The notes beneath the pieces are model-generated. The model did not search any database, was not told where the DNA came from, and was given only the letters and a program-made list of their open reading frames with translations. A DNA stretch of 64,000 nucleotides from the human T2T-CHM13v2.0 reference genome, Homo sapiens. Both the position numbers and the translations under genes were made by a program. The stretch's first letter is position 1, and each line of letters begins with the position of its first letter. Where the stretch lies: assembly GCF_009914755.1 (NCBI RefSeq), contig NC_060945.1; one strand, given 5' to 3'. This document shows positions 28,001-42,394 of this stretch, in pieces.

Positions 28001-29049
28001 GGCAGCTCCTTATACTATCCTCAGGGCCTGTGAGAGCTGAGGGGCTTTTTTTGTGGCTTGGGCTGCAGCTGTCTGTGGTGGGAATGTGGACTGCTGAAGA
28101 CCTCTTACTGACCTAATTCCTGCAAGGGGGAGTCTCTCCTGGCTTCGAGTTGATTTGGCCAGCTGCCTTGCTTCCCTCACTGTGCTGCAATCTTAAGCTT
28201 CTGAACTTCAGAGGGTCTCTGTTGCTACCCTGCTGGATTCTAGAATTTTCCCATAGAGGCTCTGTTTGACATTTAGTTATGTACTTGATGTTTAGGTCTT
28301 TTTTTGTGGAGGAGGCAAGTCTGCTGTGTGTCTCAAGTCAGTCATCTTGATGATATCTCTCCCCAAATAATGAATTTTGAATGCAATAAGTCAAGATAAA
28401 ATTTCTAAGACTACTATAAACACAAGGATGCAAGGAGATTCTCCGCCAGTACAGTCCCATATTAGAGATATGAAACTATTATAAATTTCACTTGAGGAAT
28501 TAAGTAGAAAAAATATGAAAAAGTAAAAAGAGCCAATGACTGAAAGGTATATAATCACCTAAGTGGGAAAAACTGATCAGAAAATATTAAAAAGTAAAAT
28601 GATCCAGTGACTAGGAGGTATGTAATAACATAAGTGGGAAAAACTGATCAGAAATTATGGAGTGGTAATCAGTAAAAGTCATGGAAATTTAGAACCAAAG
28701 CATTTTGTTGGAAGAATTCAATCAGTGTATTTTCCAGGCTACTGTATCTCCAACAGCTATAATATTTTATCACTGGCATCAGAAGAAAATGATGGAAAAG
28801 ATGTTCCCAGCTCTCTGAATTATAAAATTAAATTAATTTAAATTACATTAAAGTGTAGCTTTTTTGCAGAAGGTCATGTCCATAGCATTCCCTACGAGAA
28901 ATACAACTTGTATAAGAGCTCAGAGGCCTCCTAGGAGAAATGGTCCATGAAATTCGAGACTTACGATTTACCAACCAGAATGCTAAGATCAATACTCCAG
29001 AATAAGTAAGGGTAACAGGAATTTCCTTATCTTTTGAAGGGTCAGACTG

Positions 29050-29335
29050 CATGTGGTAGGCAGATACGATTTACTAAATATATGCCTCTATATTTCTCAG
29101 CTTAAACTGCAGTTAGGACTTAGAGCACAAGGTGATTTGCAGTAGGTGTGTTTCTCCCGTCGTTCTCTCATTCTTTCATGGTGACCTCAAACCCACCAGC
29201 ACCAAATGGCATAATTAAAAAAAGGAGAAAGGCTACTTTACCCACATCTGATTCTATGATAATAAAATAAACTTCTGTTGTCTAAAGCCACTGAAATATA
29301 AGGGTTTGTTACTCGAACCAACGTTGACTAATACA
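29050..29335 (+). mobile_element. MLT1-type LTR remnant
   Basis: TGTGGTAGGCAGA start; AAATAAACTTCTGTTGTCTAAAGCCACTGAAAT...TGACTAATACA end. Confidence 0.65.
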
Positions 29336-29774
29336 AGAAGGCAGGGAATGATCTCCTCCAATAGGAAAGGGTATATTCATTAGTCAATTTAGAATAATAC
29401 TTCAGTAGCAAGAATCATGAAAATAAATGGAGCCGATTATTACCAAGAGCCCAGTGTTAGCGATAGAGTAAGAGAATACTAGTTGCTGGAGGGAAATAGC
29501 TTCAATCAGGGAGACTCTCTGTATCTAAAACTACTTTAAAGGGAAATCACAATGGAATAAATGAGGAAGAGCCCAATACGGCTCTTGCTGAATCTTCTTG
29601 GGACTCTGAATACTGATTTGTACTCCAGTTCCCTGAACCCTTCAGTCTGGAGCTCTGTCATAAGCTGTTACCAAATTGACTGAGGTCTCTCATATATTCC
29701 ACCACTTTTTGTAAGGCTGATTCTTGGAATTTTTAGACCCCCTTGACAGACACTTTCTGAGCCACTGATCGGCT

Positions 29775-30015
29775 AGAATAAGACTGATTGGTTTTGAATC
29801 CTGGCTTTTCCAAGCTGGATGACCCACTTTTAATTGTTTTATATAACTAGCTCCTCTCTGCCTTACTTTCTTGTCTTTAAAATTTGAATAATAATTATTC
29901 TTACCTCAAAGAGTTGACACAAAGATTAAATAAGATTATCATGTAAAGTGCTTAAAACAGTTTGCATAAAACTACAATATTCAGTGTGGTTAAGTTCCCT
30001 CATTATTATTGTTAT
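29775..30015 (+). mobile_element. MIR
   Basis: TTTGAATCCTGGCT...CTCTCTGCCTTACTTTC...AGATTAAATAAGATTATCATGTAAAGTGCTTA. Confidence 0.75.
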
Positions 30016-31796
30016 TTTTGCACAGGTGTCCAAAAGATGCTGAGGGATGGTACCCACCAGAAGCCTTGACACTATTCCTGGATCTCTATTTAGGGTATAG
30101 TCTCTGGGATTTAAATTCTGAGCACAAATTAGTATAGAGCTTATTCCTCTTGGGAATGGGAATATGGATTTATGTGTTCTTCCCATATATATTCCATTGT
30201 TGAAAATTGCAATTTCCTTGGTTTTAAACATAAATTGTTTTTATAGCATTTAGTATGAAAGCTGAGAAGGTAGTAGGGTATAGCCAGAGAATGAAGTATT
30301 AGAGTTAATATTTCAGGATTATAGTAGTTTTTTTTTTCCTTCAACTTCTTATAAGAAATATTTGTTCTGTTTTCAGTCAGTATAATACCACTGCTTGTTC
30401 TTTTCATCAGGGCGGCCTTAGGGAGGCTGGTATTATTCATTCATTTCTTTATTAGAATGCTGGTTATACAGATGTGTTCACTTTGTGACGGTAAATTTAT
30501 AGACTAGACATTTATAGAGAAGGTGATTTTTCAATAGGTGTGTTTCCTGTGTGTACAGTATGTTATAATTCATAAGAAAGTTTGAATGGAATTGCAGGCT
30601 GGTGTTCCTTACATTGTAGTGCTGACTTTTCTTCTAGATTGGAAAGTTTAAGCACATCTACACATTATTTTATAACTTGTGTTATTACATAAAATAGCCG
30701 TTATCATGAATGTAGTAACCATAAGGATGCAATTGTTAAGAGGTGATATATTTAACTTGAATAAAACTTAGATTATCTTAGCTGAAAATGTAACCATTCT
30801 CAAAAAATAGCCATTATCTTTTGTTTACTTCTGAGTGTGTAACAAAAGTGTTTGGTCTTGCATTTAAGGACGATTGCTTTTCACTTATAGTTGTCACCTT
30901 ATAGACTCAAATTTGCTCACCATTAGAAAAAAATCTGATAAAACTGTGTAACTTAATTATGTATTATTATTCTATTTGACATTTAAACTAATTTGGAGAC
31001 ATATCCACCTTTTATATTGTTAACATAAATAAAGTAAATATGTAGCAATTTAAAAGAAAAATCTATTATGTAGTTCATTGTAAAATATCCAAAGCATGTT
31101 GTGAACTTTTAAGAAAGACAACATAAAAAACTTTATATATGGTACTCTATTATTTTAGTAAAAAATAATGGGTAAGGAGAGAGAATACATATTTATTTTT
31201 TCTTACATATGCTTATAATATATCTAAAAGAAAACATAAGAGAGTAATAAAAATGAGCTTTTTTTGGTGGGATGGATGGGAACAGGAGAAATTGGGAACA
31301 AGGTAGAAACCAGACACATAACAGTAAATATCTTTATGATTCCCAGTTATTGAAAAATATAAATAGACTGCCTACTCCAAATTAAATAAAAAACATACAA
31401 GTCTATAATAAACCTCTTAAAATATGAATTCTCTAGGTCTGGGGGGCCTTTATGCTCAAGACTCATATCAAATCATAGACATACAGAGATAATATACACC
31501 TCCTGGAGGAATGACCCTGTAAGCAAAGGAATCTAGCCCGTTGGGGAGAAAAATTGAGGGGAGGAAGGAGGAATCTAAAAAAGATGTCAGACAGGAGCCA
31601 AAAGAGAATCTTGTTGCCTTGTAAGGTAGCTCTTGTTACAATAGCTGTGATGGCTACCAACTTTGAGAAAAAACTGAAGTGTATAATTTTCACAGACTTT
31701 TCCTTCACACTTGGGAGGATATATTATGTATTTCTCCCAGAGTTCCAAGGAATAGATTTATGATTTTAAGTTATAGATAAAATGAGTCATGATTGA

Positions 31797-32108
<312 letters not shown>

Positions 32109-32444
32109 ATGTTTTACATTTTATATACTAAGTAGAAAATACTCTTCCTGTCTCTTAGCAATACTCATTGAAGTATTATTATATTATCTTTTATTTTTAT
32201 ATAAATTGATCTTTTATAATCACAGCCCTCTAGAACATCATGTTTTCTGTCATTTTGAATAAAGTAAATATATGGATTAATATATTTAAACCAGTTGATT
32301 AAAGTAGTAGTAATTTTTTTCTCCAGAAGAGAGAGAGAGAAATGATGGTTACACAGAAAAAGCTTACATTTTCTGAAACATTGCTAAGCTATTCTGTTTT
32401 ATTTATCTGCATCTTTCTGCCAAACAAATTTTAAGTGAAATAGC

Positions 32445-32795
32445 TGTCTTAGTCCATTCCGGCTGCGATAACAAAATATCATAAACTGAGTAGAAATAGA
32501 CATTTCTCACAGTTTTGGAGGCTAGAAAGTCCATGACCAAGGCTCCTGCAGATTTGGTGTCTGGTTAGGGCCCATATTCTCACAGATGGCACCTTCTTAC
32601 TGTGTCCTCACATAGTGGAAGGGGCAAGGCAACTTTTTGGGGCTTGTTTTGTAAGGACATTGATTCTATTCATGAGGGCTTTGGCCTCATGACCTAATCA
32701 CCTCCAAAAAGGCCTCACCTCCTAATACCAAGATCTTGGGGGTTAGGATTTCAACATATGAATTTTGGGGAGACACAGACATTCAGACTGTAGCA
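32445..32795 (-). mobile_element. MaLR solo LTR (MLT1A/MSTD-like)
   Basis: TGTCTTAGTCCATT...CATTCAGACTGTAGCA termini. Confidence 0.85.
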
Positions 32796-34764
32796 ATAAT
32801 TGTCTTAAATACTATAGAATTTTCTAATTGCAATAAGTTTTAACATAAATAGCTCTGCTATGAAACCAAGATTCTAAACATAAAAACTGTCAAGATTTCC
32901 TTTGTCTGATATGTACATTTTAAAACATTGTTTAAACACCTCGTTTAAAACTTTACAACATATATGTTGTGTGTAGTGGGTATTTAATTTTGCCTTGTCT
33001 ATGTAATACTCATATGAAGAAGACAAACATGATCATTAAACTAGTAAATAAAATCTTCTCTTCACATAGTGGAAAGTCAATTTGATTAGAAAATACATAT
33101 ATTCAAGTTTAGCCTCTTCCAGTTACCATCTATGCAATGACATGGGAGGACAGGGAAATTGATATGTCCAGGTCTTGGGTGCCTCATGGTTAAGTGCAGA
33201 TGACATTATCTAATACACACAGGATAGTTAATGGAATTAAATAATAAAATTGTATAAAACATTTAATAAATTGTAATAATTTATAAAACATTCACTTGCT
33301 TATGGTATAGATAAAATAAATCTCTGCAATACTTTGTTGGGAATATTTTTCTGCAGGGAAAAATTATAGCAACAATATCTAAATGAAAATATTGCTTTGC
33401 AATAAATACAAATAAAATTCTAACTTTCTAGAAGAACAAGACTTTTGTTTTGAAATCACTATTATATAACTGACAACTAACAATAATAAGTTGGCTATGG
33501 TTGGACCACACTAATTTTTCAGTTTTTTATCTTTTGACTGGATGGGAACCAACCTAGCCATTTGTGTGATACTGCCATTTGTCCACTGTTTTTAAAAACT
33601 ATTGACATTAATCTAAGATTGACTTCCCTGAAGTCCTCTTATGTACTGCATCAATATTTCACACTAAAAATTAATTAATTTGATAGCTTACTCATTGCTG
33701 CCAATGGTTTAATTTTTTAAGCTACTGGGGTCACACACACAAGAGTGTGGATGTTGCAACATGAGACAGCAGAGTGATAGAGAGTTTCAAATTTCTGGAC
33801 AAGTAGTCATTAGGCCATGTCTACGTACTAATAAACTTCTCATGTAAATCGCTTTCTCTGTCATGTTTTTTTTCTTAATGTACATCTATAAGTGACAAAA
33901 TGGTGAATAAATAAACCCACAGATGGTTTTATCTTAATGGCTGCATCATGGGATGCATCGTTAGTTTCATGTCTGTGCTACGCAAGGAACACTGGCTTTA
34001 CTGCAGGCATCTGGCTGGCAGTTCCTCGGGGGTTTGTCACACACATAATCCAAGCATCCCAGCTGTGTTTTCAGTTCTCTGCTGTATAATTTGGCATGGA
34101 AAGATGCTCTTGGGCCAGCCTGATCCTTTAGGCAATTCTGTGAGCAGCTAGAAGAGAACTTGTACATCCCAAAACTCTATTATCTGCCCTGACTCCCTTC
34201 TTTCATTTAGATTGATTGATTTATCAACAATTTTCTCTTCTTAGTTTTGATTAGTGATATTTAGAATTATTGTAAAACAGAAGATGCTTCATCTTAACTA
34301 AAAGTGTTGACATAATGAGATAAAATATATAGTGGAATAATAATTAAATAACGAGAGCCCTACTAAATTCAATTACAAGTATTGTTGTTTTGTATTTTAG
34401 CTCACCAACTTAAAATAGCAGCTAGTGTGCAGTTTTTACCAATGCCTTCCTAATTTACCATACAAAGACAAATCCTCTCAGATTAAATGTCTATAAAGTA
34501 TGTCTGGGAGAATTTCTAGGTTGAACTCATGAGGTCAATAATTTATTTATGAATCTTCTGTAGCTTCTTGGATGTTGTAGGGACATATAGTAAAAACAAC
34601 AGACAATAGCAAAAGTATGCCTTTGCAATATATGATGGAGCATATAAAATATATAAAAATGGAAGAAAGTATAAAGAGGGCAGTATCAGATGAAATCAGG
34701 TGAAATATGACTTTTGCCTTCTTATATGTGCAGATTGCTGATTTGATGCTCATGAACTTGTGTA

Positions 34765-35125
34765 TTTGTAAGATTTTCTGTGATAATTTTGAATAGCAAA
34801 CAACCCACAATACTTCAATGGCTTACATCACAAAGTTTTTATTGCTTATTCACAGGTCTGTGGGATGGCAGAGGCATCTCTTCTCCAGGCCCTGAGTGCA
34901 TTAGGTGTGTTCGATATATCTGGCATTCTGAGATCCAGGCTGAAGAAACACTGGTTAACAGGGTCATATTTTTCTCATGGTAGCAGGGAATAAATAAGAG
35001 ACCAAACCAAAATGTGTAAGCATGTTTAAAGCTGCTGTGTGAAAAAAGTGTATGCCATGTCCTATCTCATTTCCTTGGTCAAAACAAATCACATAATCAA
35101 GCCAGTATCAATGGGATGGACGCTC
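34765..35125 (-). mobile_element. Old MLT1 (K/L-like) LTR fragment
   Basis: CAAACAACCCACAATACTTCAATGGCTTAC...; ATTTCCTTGGTCAAAACAAATCACATAATCAAGCC. Confidence 0.5.
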
Positions 35126-37799
35126 ATAATTCTTCAGTGTTAGGGTGGGGGAGAATGGATATTTGTGGAATAATAATACAAACTACCCACAATTTGTTTT
35201 CTGGGCAACAAATATTAACTTCTTTTTCTTCTGCCCACAGAATGTATTCACCCCTACTCCAAACAACACGTCCATCCCCTCAAAGTTGTACACTTTTACA
35301 GCATCAGACTTAAGTCTTAAATCTTGTGATAATCGCTACATCATGTTTTCTCTTCAGTCCCAGAATTCAATCATGGAACACGAAAGGATAATCTTCGCAA
35401 AGAAGAAGTTTCCTGGTCACCTACATTTGGCCCCAAAGCCAATACCATGAATTTTAGATTTTCTTTCAAGCAGCGACTTGACTGTCAAATCAATTAATTG
35501 GGGAATTATACTCCTCCCAAAGAAGGTGTGAGGAAAAAGTAAATTTTTTTGCGCAGTCATACAGTGTACCTCAAATGATTAAGTAGGTTGTAGTTGTGGA
35601 ACTCAGGGGAAAAAAGTTTCTGTACTTACCCTGAGAAAACTGTTACCGTTAAAATGGTCTCGTTTCCTTTGATAATTTTCTCAGTGCCATTCAGGGTCCT
35701 CTTAGTCCTGGCTCCACATGAAGTTTGCTTTGCTAAAAAATTTCTTGCTGAAAAGAGCTGGGAAGACCTGGAACCACATGATATAAATCATTCAAATTTT
35801 AGGCCACAGACAGTTATTCTTTTATTACATGGAAGACATAGAAGAGATGATTTTCAATGAAGCAATCATGCAAGATTCAGGATTACATTCAGAATCACAA
35901 AATTAGCATTATTAGTTACTTGTTGTGAAATTGTGATTTTTAAATTAAATATTCTTACATTCCTGTGATTATTAAGAAGGGGAAAGAGGAATAAAAACTA
36001 AAAAGAATGTCAGCTATTGAGAGTTGTGATTACTTGGATTTTGTTATTTGAGATGCTTGTTGATACCATATAATATGGTTTCATAATTTTTTATGGAATA
36101 TTAGAAACAAAGTGAAGGAAATACGAATGCAAAGAAGAACTTAACAGAAAATTTATGTCTAGTGGCATTTCATAAATATAAAGCTTGTTTAAAGAGGATT
36201 GTATGGAGTCAAAAGGTGGGCTAATATGTCTCTTAATAGCATCATTATGTGTTAAAATACCAATCAAAAGGTAAAATGTATGACTAAGAATCACTAAGCA
36301 ATCATAGTTATAATGCTTTTGGCGTAATTTTTGTCATTATAGACTAAAATTATTTTTATGCTAATGACTTTCTCAAAAGATGATTATAAAAGAAGTAAAT
36401 ATAAACTGCTAGAAATACAAATGCTTTTCTATTTTATGATTTTTTTTCTTTCATTCGTACTTAGATGATTTTCATTTATCCCTGCACAGGTGTTTCAACC
36501 CTTATAATGAATTTGATTCAATTCAACCAATGTTTATGTAGCCCCGACCATGGGCGGAACACCTTAAGGACAAAAGTGGCCTTTTAATTTAGTGATACTA
36601 TAGTCCATTGGGGAGAATATGGGCATTGTAGCTTGCTTTTGAAGAAACCATCTTACTCAGCTTTTAAGTTGAAGAAAGAACTAGTCAATGTTATAACAAA
36701 GTAGCGGTATTCCAATAAACATTTTGACAAGGTAAATTTCAGCTCCTTTCCCTGCCAGCCCACTAAAATGCTCAGGGTTTTGGATCCGACGTCATGAAAT
36801 GACACTGCTCAGAGAGTGTCCTGCAGTCGCCTATTTATTTTATAACCTATTCAGCAGAAATTATTTCCATGATTGCCAGCCACTGTGCGTGTGCTATATC
36901 TGTGACTTGGCACAGCAGTGCTTCCATCTGACTTAATTTAAACATGCCTCTTTTCCAACTATAACTTCCATTAAAGCCTGAAGCCTTTCCAAAAATGGGG
37001 CTAGACAGAGCATTGAACTGGCCATTCAAATATCCAGGTTGTAGTTCAGGGTTCATGACTATGTGGCTTGCCTTGCATTGTTTTTTAACCTATTGAAAAG
37101 AGTATCTGATACATACCTTTTCAAGGTTCTTGCACCCTTTTTTCATCCACGCTGTATCACTTCCCTTCTTCAGTATCTACAGTAAAGTGCAAAAGTCATC
37201 CAGCTTCAGAGTCTTTTCATCTGTCCTTTCTTTTCCGTCTGTTTGCTCCTCAGGCCTTAACCAAAGGGCCTGGTTAGGTGTTCTGAGGATGGCAGAGACT
37301 AGTCCTACTGTGCTTTGTATGGGGTTATGGATAATGGCTTCCCAAGCCACGGCACAGTAATGGGGATAACTGTCTTGGTGGTCCTGGGTAGTTACCGCTG
37401 GAGAAACTTGTATATAGTTTTATATAATAAAATGATGGGGAGGGCCAGCCATACTATAACACAGATCTAGTGATCCTGCCCCAGTTTCACTGGAACACTC
37501 CAGGCCTGGTCTATGCGGAAATTTAGCTCAGAGAGAAGAGCACTGTTGAACTTGATGTTTGGCAAGCTTCCATCAGACACATGCTGTCTTCAACATTTCT
37601 ACCATTAATTCTTAACTTAGCATTTGTTCAATTTGTTTACCATTAGTTCTATTATTTACTTAATAGTTTTTCTTTAAAATGATATAAATTATTCACTATT
37701 TTATTGTCTTATTCAAGCAGTAATATTTATAAAATCATCGTTTTCGATGTGCTAATTATACTGATTTCTTAATACATATAAAATAAATATATAACTATT

Positions 37800-38147
37800 T
37801 GTCTTATTCCATTTGGCTGTTATAACAAAAATATCATAACCTGGGTCACTGAACGACAGAAATTTATTTCTCACAGTTCTGGAGGCAGGGAAGTCCAAGA
37901 TCAAGAGGCTGAAAGATTTAGTGTCTAGTGAGGGCCTCTTCCTCATACATGGCACCTTCTGACTGTGTCTCCACATGGTGGAAGGAATGAACAAATGCCT
38001 CTTTAACGAGGGCACTAATCCCATTCATGAGAGGGGAGCTCCCTGACCTAATCATCTTCCAAAGTCCCCACCTCTTAATACCCACAATATTGTGGATTTG
38101 GTTTCAACATGTAAGTTTTGTGGGGAGCAAACATTCAGACGATAGCA
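37800..38147 (-). mobile_element. MaLR solo LTR (MLT1A/MSTD-like)
   Basis: TGTCTTATTCCATTTGGCTG...AACATTCAGACGATAGCA; TSD CTATT/GTATT. Confidence 0.85.
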
Positions 38148-38359
38148 GTATTAAATTTTTAAAAATCTATATCTAACCTTAAACCATCTCAGTCACCTTT
38201 GGGAAACATTGGTTTAGTCTTGGTGATATTTGGCTGTGTGATGGCTGAAGAATTAGGTGTCTGAAGGAGGAAATAAATAATGGTTAGTGGAGTCTCCAGT
38301 CTTACTAGTTCTGTAGCACAGCAGGATATATTATGTTTTTATGCTTTACATTGTTTTAA

Positions 38360-38447
38360 AAATGTTTTTGACAAATTATATAGTCAAAATAATTATGGGG
38401 TCCATATAATTATAATGGTCCATATAATTATGGGGTCCACATGATGT

Positions 38448-38491
<44 letters not shown>

Positions 38492-38765
38492 GACCTATCT
38501 ATCCATCTATATATACACACACAGTGTGGAATGATTGAATCAAGCTAATTAACATATCAATAACCTTAAATACTTATAATTTATTCCTCCTGTCTAAGTG
38601 CAACTTTGTACCCTTTGACCAACATCTTCCCATTGCTCCCACTCTCCAGCCTCTGATAACCACTGTTCTACTTTCTGCTTCTATGAGATGGATTGCTTTA
38701 GATTCCACATAGAAGTGAGAACATATGGTTTTTGTCTTTCCGTGCCTGGCTTATTTCATTCATCA
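38360..38765 (-). mobile_element. L1MA 3' end containing a (TA)n tract (38451-38490)
   Basis: TGTGGAATGATTGAATCAAGCTAATTAACATATC...TAGATTCCACATAGAAGTGAGA...GCCTGGCTTATTTCA. Confidence 0.82.
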
Positions 38766-38794
38766 TAAAGAAAGGCACATTCTTAAGAGGTGGT

Positions 38795-39050
38795 TTGACA
38801 TTGTGTTTAAGAACACAGATGCTAGAGCCAGACTGCCTGGGTTGAAATACCAGCTGTCCACCCTTTTGCTGTGTGTATGACCTTGGGCAAGGTACTTAAC
38901 ATCCTTTTGCTGCAATTTCCTTATCTTTAAAACTGGGGACGGCTATAGTATCATAAGACATTCATGAGGATGAAACAAGTTAATATATTAAATGTTTCAA
39001 AACAGTGCCAGATACATGGTAACTATTAATTGTTGTTATTATTGTTATAG
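38795..39050 (+). mobile_element. MIR
   Basis: AGAGCCAGACTGCCTGGGTTGAAAT...TGACCTTGGGCAAG...TTTCCTTATCT. Confidence 0.8.
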
Positions 39051-41534
39051 TTACTCTCCTAAGAGCAGGAAGGCCAAATTAAGTCCCAGAGTTTTCGATA
39101 ACATTATCCAGTGTGAAGATCTAAGTTTAGCTTTAACAGTTCAGCTTTCATTTTGCTAAAACACCGGAGCCAATATTTGGGGCCTTTTTTTAAAAAAAAT
39201 AAGATAATTTGGCCTTATTTCATAATGGTTAGGCTGCTTCTGGTAAGACTTTATGCATTCCCTTTTCTTCTCCTCTAAAGAGCCAATTAAAAGATTTCAT
39301 ATCTGAAATTTTATCATTTATTACTTTACAGTGTGACTTACAACAATAAATATAATCAAGGTTTAAAAGTTTAAGCCAATAAAATACTGTCTATATTCCA
39401 ACCGTAACTTCTTAAAACATATAATGCAGAATGCATAATATTTTAATTTTTTGATGACATACTGAAGAATGATATTCCAGATTATATTATTCACACAATG
39501 AATCAATAGAGCATTAACTTCTTAAAATGCTGGAATAAAGAAAGAAATTTACCATGTCCAAGGCTTTTTGGTTAATTGTGCACATTAATATAAGTGCAAT
39601 AAAACAAATCATACCTTATTATTTTAACCTTAAAGACAATAAATACTACTCGGCGTGAAAACAAATATGTTCTCTCGTTCGAATGCGCTACTTTTACTCT
39701 GTGACCGCCATCAGAGTCCCCTCTGTGAGCGGAAGTGATGTTTGCCGGATGAATGTAGCCTATTCCCTACAGAGCGTTACTTGCTGAGGTAGGCCCTCTC
39801 TTGGAAGGTTATCAGGTGACTTCCTTAGGTGTGCAGGAAATGGAAGCAGAGTGTGGACTATTTTCTTGCCCTCTACTGGTCGTGAAGCCTCAAAATGGCA
39901 CAGCTGGCGTTTAAGCCAGAAAGAAACACCTGTTTCTCTCTGGTACATGTTTTTTTCCTACCTTTTCAGTCCTCTTCAAAGCTTTCATTATGCATATTTT
40001 GAGTGTATGTTAAGGTCTCTTATGGGTAACTCATGAAAGAAATGGTTCTTTGTAACATTTACGCAATATCTGGGGTAAAAGAGGATAATGCAACTAAAAG
40101 GGGAGGCAGGGAACAATCCACCCCTTTACCTTTGATTACCAGAAGTGGTCCCATGAGGCTGCTGATGTATGGGCACAAAGTGGGTTATCTACACATGTCA
40201 CTGGAACATAAGAAGGGGGTAGAACAAAACTTCTGCACTGAAGGCTCTGCGAAGAAACTTTATTAAATAAAATAGACATCTTTGGCGTTGAGTCGGAAAA
40301 TGATGTACCAGACATGGTTCTGGTTCTGGGTTAACTTACCTTCTTGTTGAGAAGGTAAAATAAGTATATGTAAGCAGCTAAGTAATTTGAAAAATTAAAT
40401 AGTATGAAAAGTTCCAGAAGGTAGATTTTCTTCAAGTACTAAATGAATTAGTTTTATCCATCTGGAAAAGGAAAGAAATAAAGTGGCCTGATGTGGCTTA
40501 TTTGAGAAAAGAAGAGACAATTTTAGGAGAATAATAACATAAGAGCCAGGCATTGCAAAGGCAGAGAAAATTATGGAGGTGCCCAGTGTGGTAAGATAAC
40601 ATAAGACAGTCACTTGGTGTTGCTGGCTGATTTGTGAAAGCAGAATGTGGACATGAAGTACAAAAGATAAAGAGGGTCAGAATTTGAAGGGCCACAAATG
40701 AGGGACAAAGAAGCCCAAAATTTGTTCTGTAGTCCAGAGTGTAATTAAAAGCTTTAGAGCAGATGAATATGTAAAAGCCTGTGCATGTTTTTTTAATAGG
40801 ACCTTCTGATGGTAGCATTATGCATTTTTTTCTAATTTTGTACTAGATTTTCTGCAAGTATATTCATATTAACATTGGAAGAAAATTTAAAAAATTAAAA
40901 TACTGAATATATGATTAATCTATATTTTAGACAAAACAATGTGTTGATTATTAAGATTGTCTGTACTGGGCTGGAGGAGACTAAACCTAAACCCCAGTTA
41001 ACTCTTTGGATTGGCTACAGGCATATCTTCAGTGAAGTAATTCCTGTTATTGTCTATAAAATTTAAGGGTTATTTTTGTTATAAAAGAGTTAAGAAGTAG
41101 TAGTCACCAAGGATAATATGATCAAATAATTTCTTATAAAATAGAAGAATCTGTCACACATGCAGCCAACTGAATGCATTCCACTTATAATAAATTACGT
41201 GTTCCAAACAGGTTTTCTACTAAAACTTATTGAAAATAGCATTTGGTTGCTATGACAACCTGGAACAGCAATTGGAAACTAGAACATTAAAGGTGAGACA
41301 GAAAAGACAGACAAATAGTTCATATTTAGCTAAATTGTATTCCTTTTTAATTCTTATAAATCCAGGGAGGAAAGGAAATTCTTATCATGTTCAGAAATGA
41401 ATAGTTTTCTACCTTAGCATCATATAGATTTAGAATGTCCAGTGTATTTACATCATCTGTTGGTTATTAAGTAAGATGAATCAATTGTCCTCCTTTTTGT
41501 TCTGAATCTCAGAAGTCTTCTCATCTATGAGTTT

Positions 41535-41911
41535 TGTATTAGTACATTATCACGCTGCTGTAAAGAACTGCCCAGGACTGCGTAATTTACAAGCGAAAGA
41601 GGTTTAATTGATTCACAGTTCCACGTGGCTGGGAAGGCCTCAGGAAACTTACAATCATGGCAAAAGGAGAAGCAAACACGTCCTTTTTCACAGGGCAGCA
41701 GAAAGAGAAGAATGAAAGCCAAGTGAAGTGGGAAGCCCCTTATAAAACCATTAGAGCTTGTGAGAACTTACTTACATCATGAGACTAGCATAAGGGAAAA
41801 CCGCCTCCATGATTCAATTACGTCCTATAGGGTCCTTTCCATAGCACATGGGGATTATGGGAACTACAATTCAAGATGAGACTTCGGTGGGGACACAGCC
41901 AAACCATATCA
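41535..41911 (-). mobile_element. THE1 (C/D-like) solo LTR
   Basis: TGTATTAGT...CAGCCAAACCATATCA; TSD AGTTT/AGCTT. Confidence 0.92.
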
Positions 41912-42394
41912 AGCTTTGATTACTTTTTGTAGCTTTTGAGCATTTAGACCCTTATCTCAGGATATTATAGCTATTTATTGATTGAAACTCTGACTTTCAA
42001 AGTGTGTTCTATGAATCCTAAGAATTTCACAAATTATCTCTAAGGTTTCTTTGGAAGGAAGTACGGTCATATGGCCACTTGACTCCAGTATTTTCCATGT
42101 CTTTTAGGTTTTACCTCAACACCACACTAGAAATTATAATGATGCAGCTCAGAAAGTGAGCAGGCAGTTTCATAATTCAAAAAATTTTGCAAAATTTGAT
42201 TAAAAATCTGTAAAATATTTTAAATCTCAATAATTTTGACATGAATTTCAGATAACCACTTGAACAATACATGACAAGTTTTCTACTTATATTTATAAGA
42301 TATCCTCAATGAAAATGTGCTTTTATTAACAGATAGATAAAATTTTATTTTGTGTTGTAATTTGTAGTCTTTTTAAAAATCTTAAAAATCAAAA

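Larger units (their letters stand above)
21655..28360 (-). mobile_element. Old L1 (L1MA-type) spanning 3' UTR to 5' UTR, with most of ORF2 deleted and two MaLR insertions
   Basis: 3' UTR at 21655-22117, 22488-22733 and 25006-25620; jump to the ORF2 start near 25650; ORF1 remnant ENLFNKIMAENF...DIQIQEAQRT...PRHIIVKLSK (26237-26533); GC-richer 5' region 27150-28360. Confidence 0.85.

Noticed and set aside
36490-36731. Possible cryptic exon (CCCTGCACAG|G ... AAG|GTAAAT) with nearby CRE-like GACGTCA
   Set aside because: Splice-like signals of this quality are common by chance; no ORF or other support.
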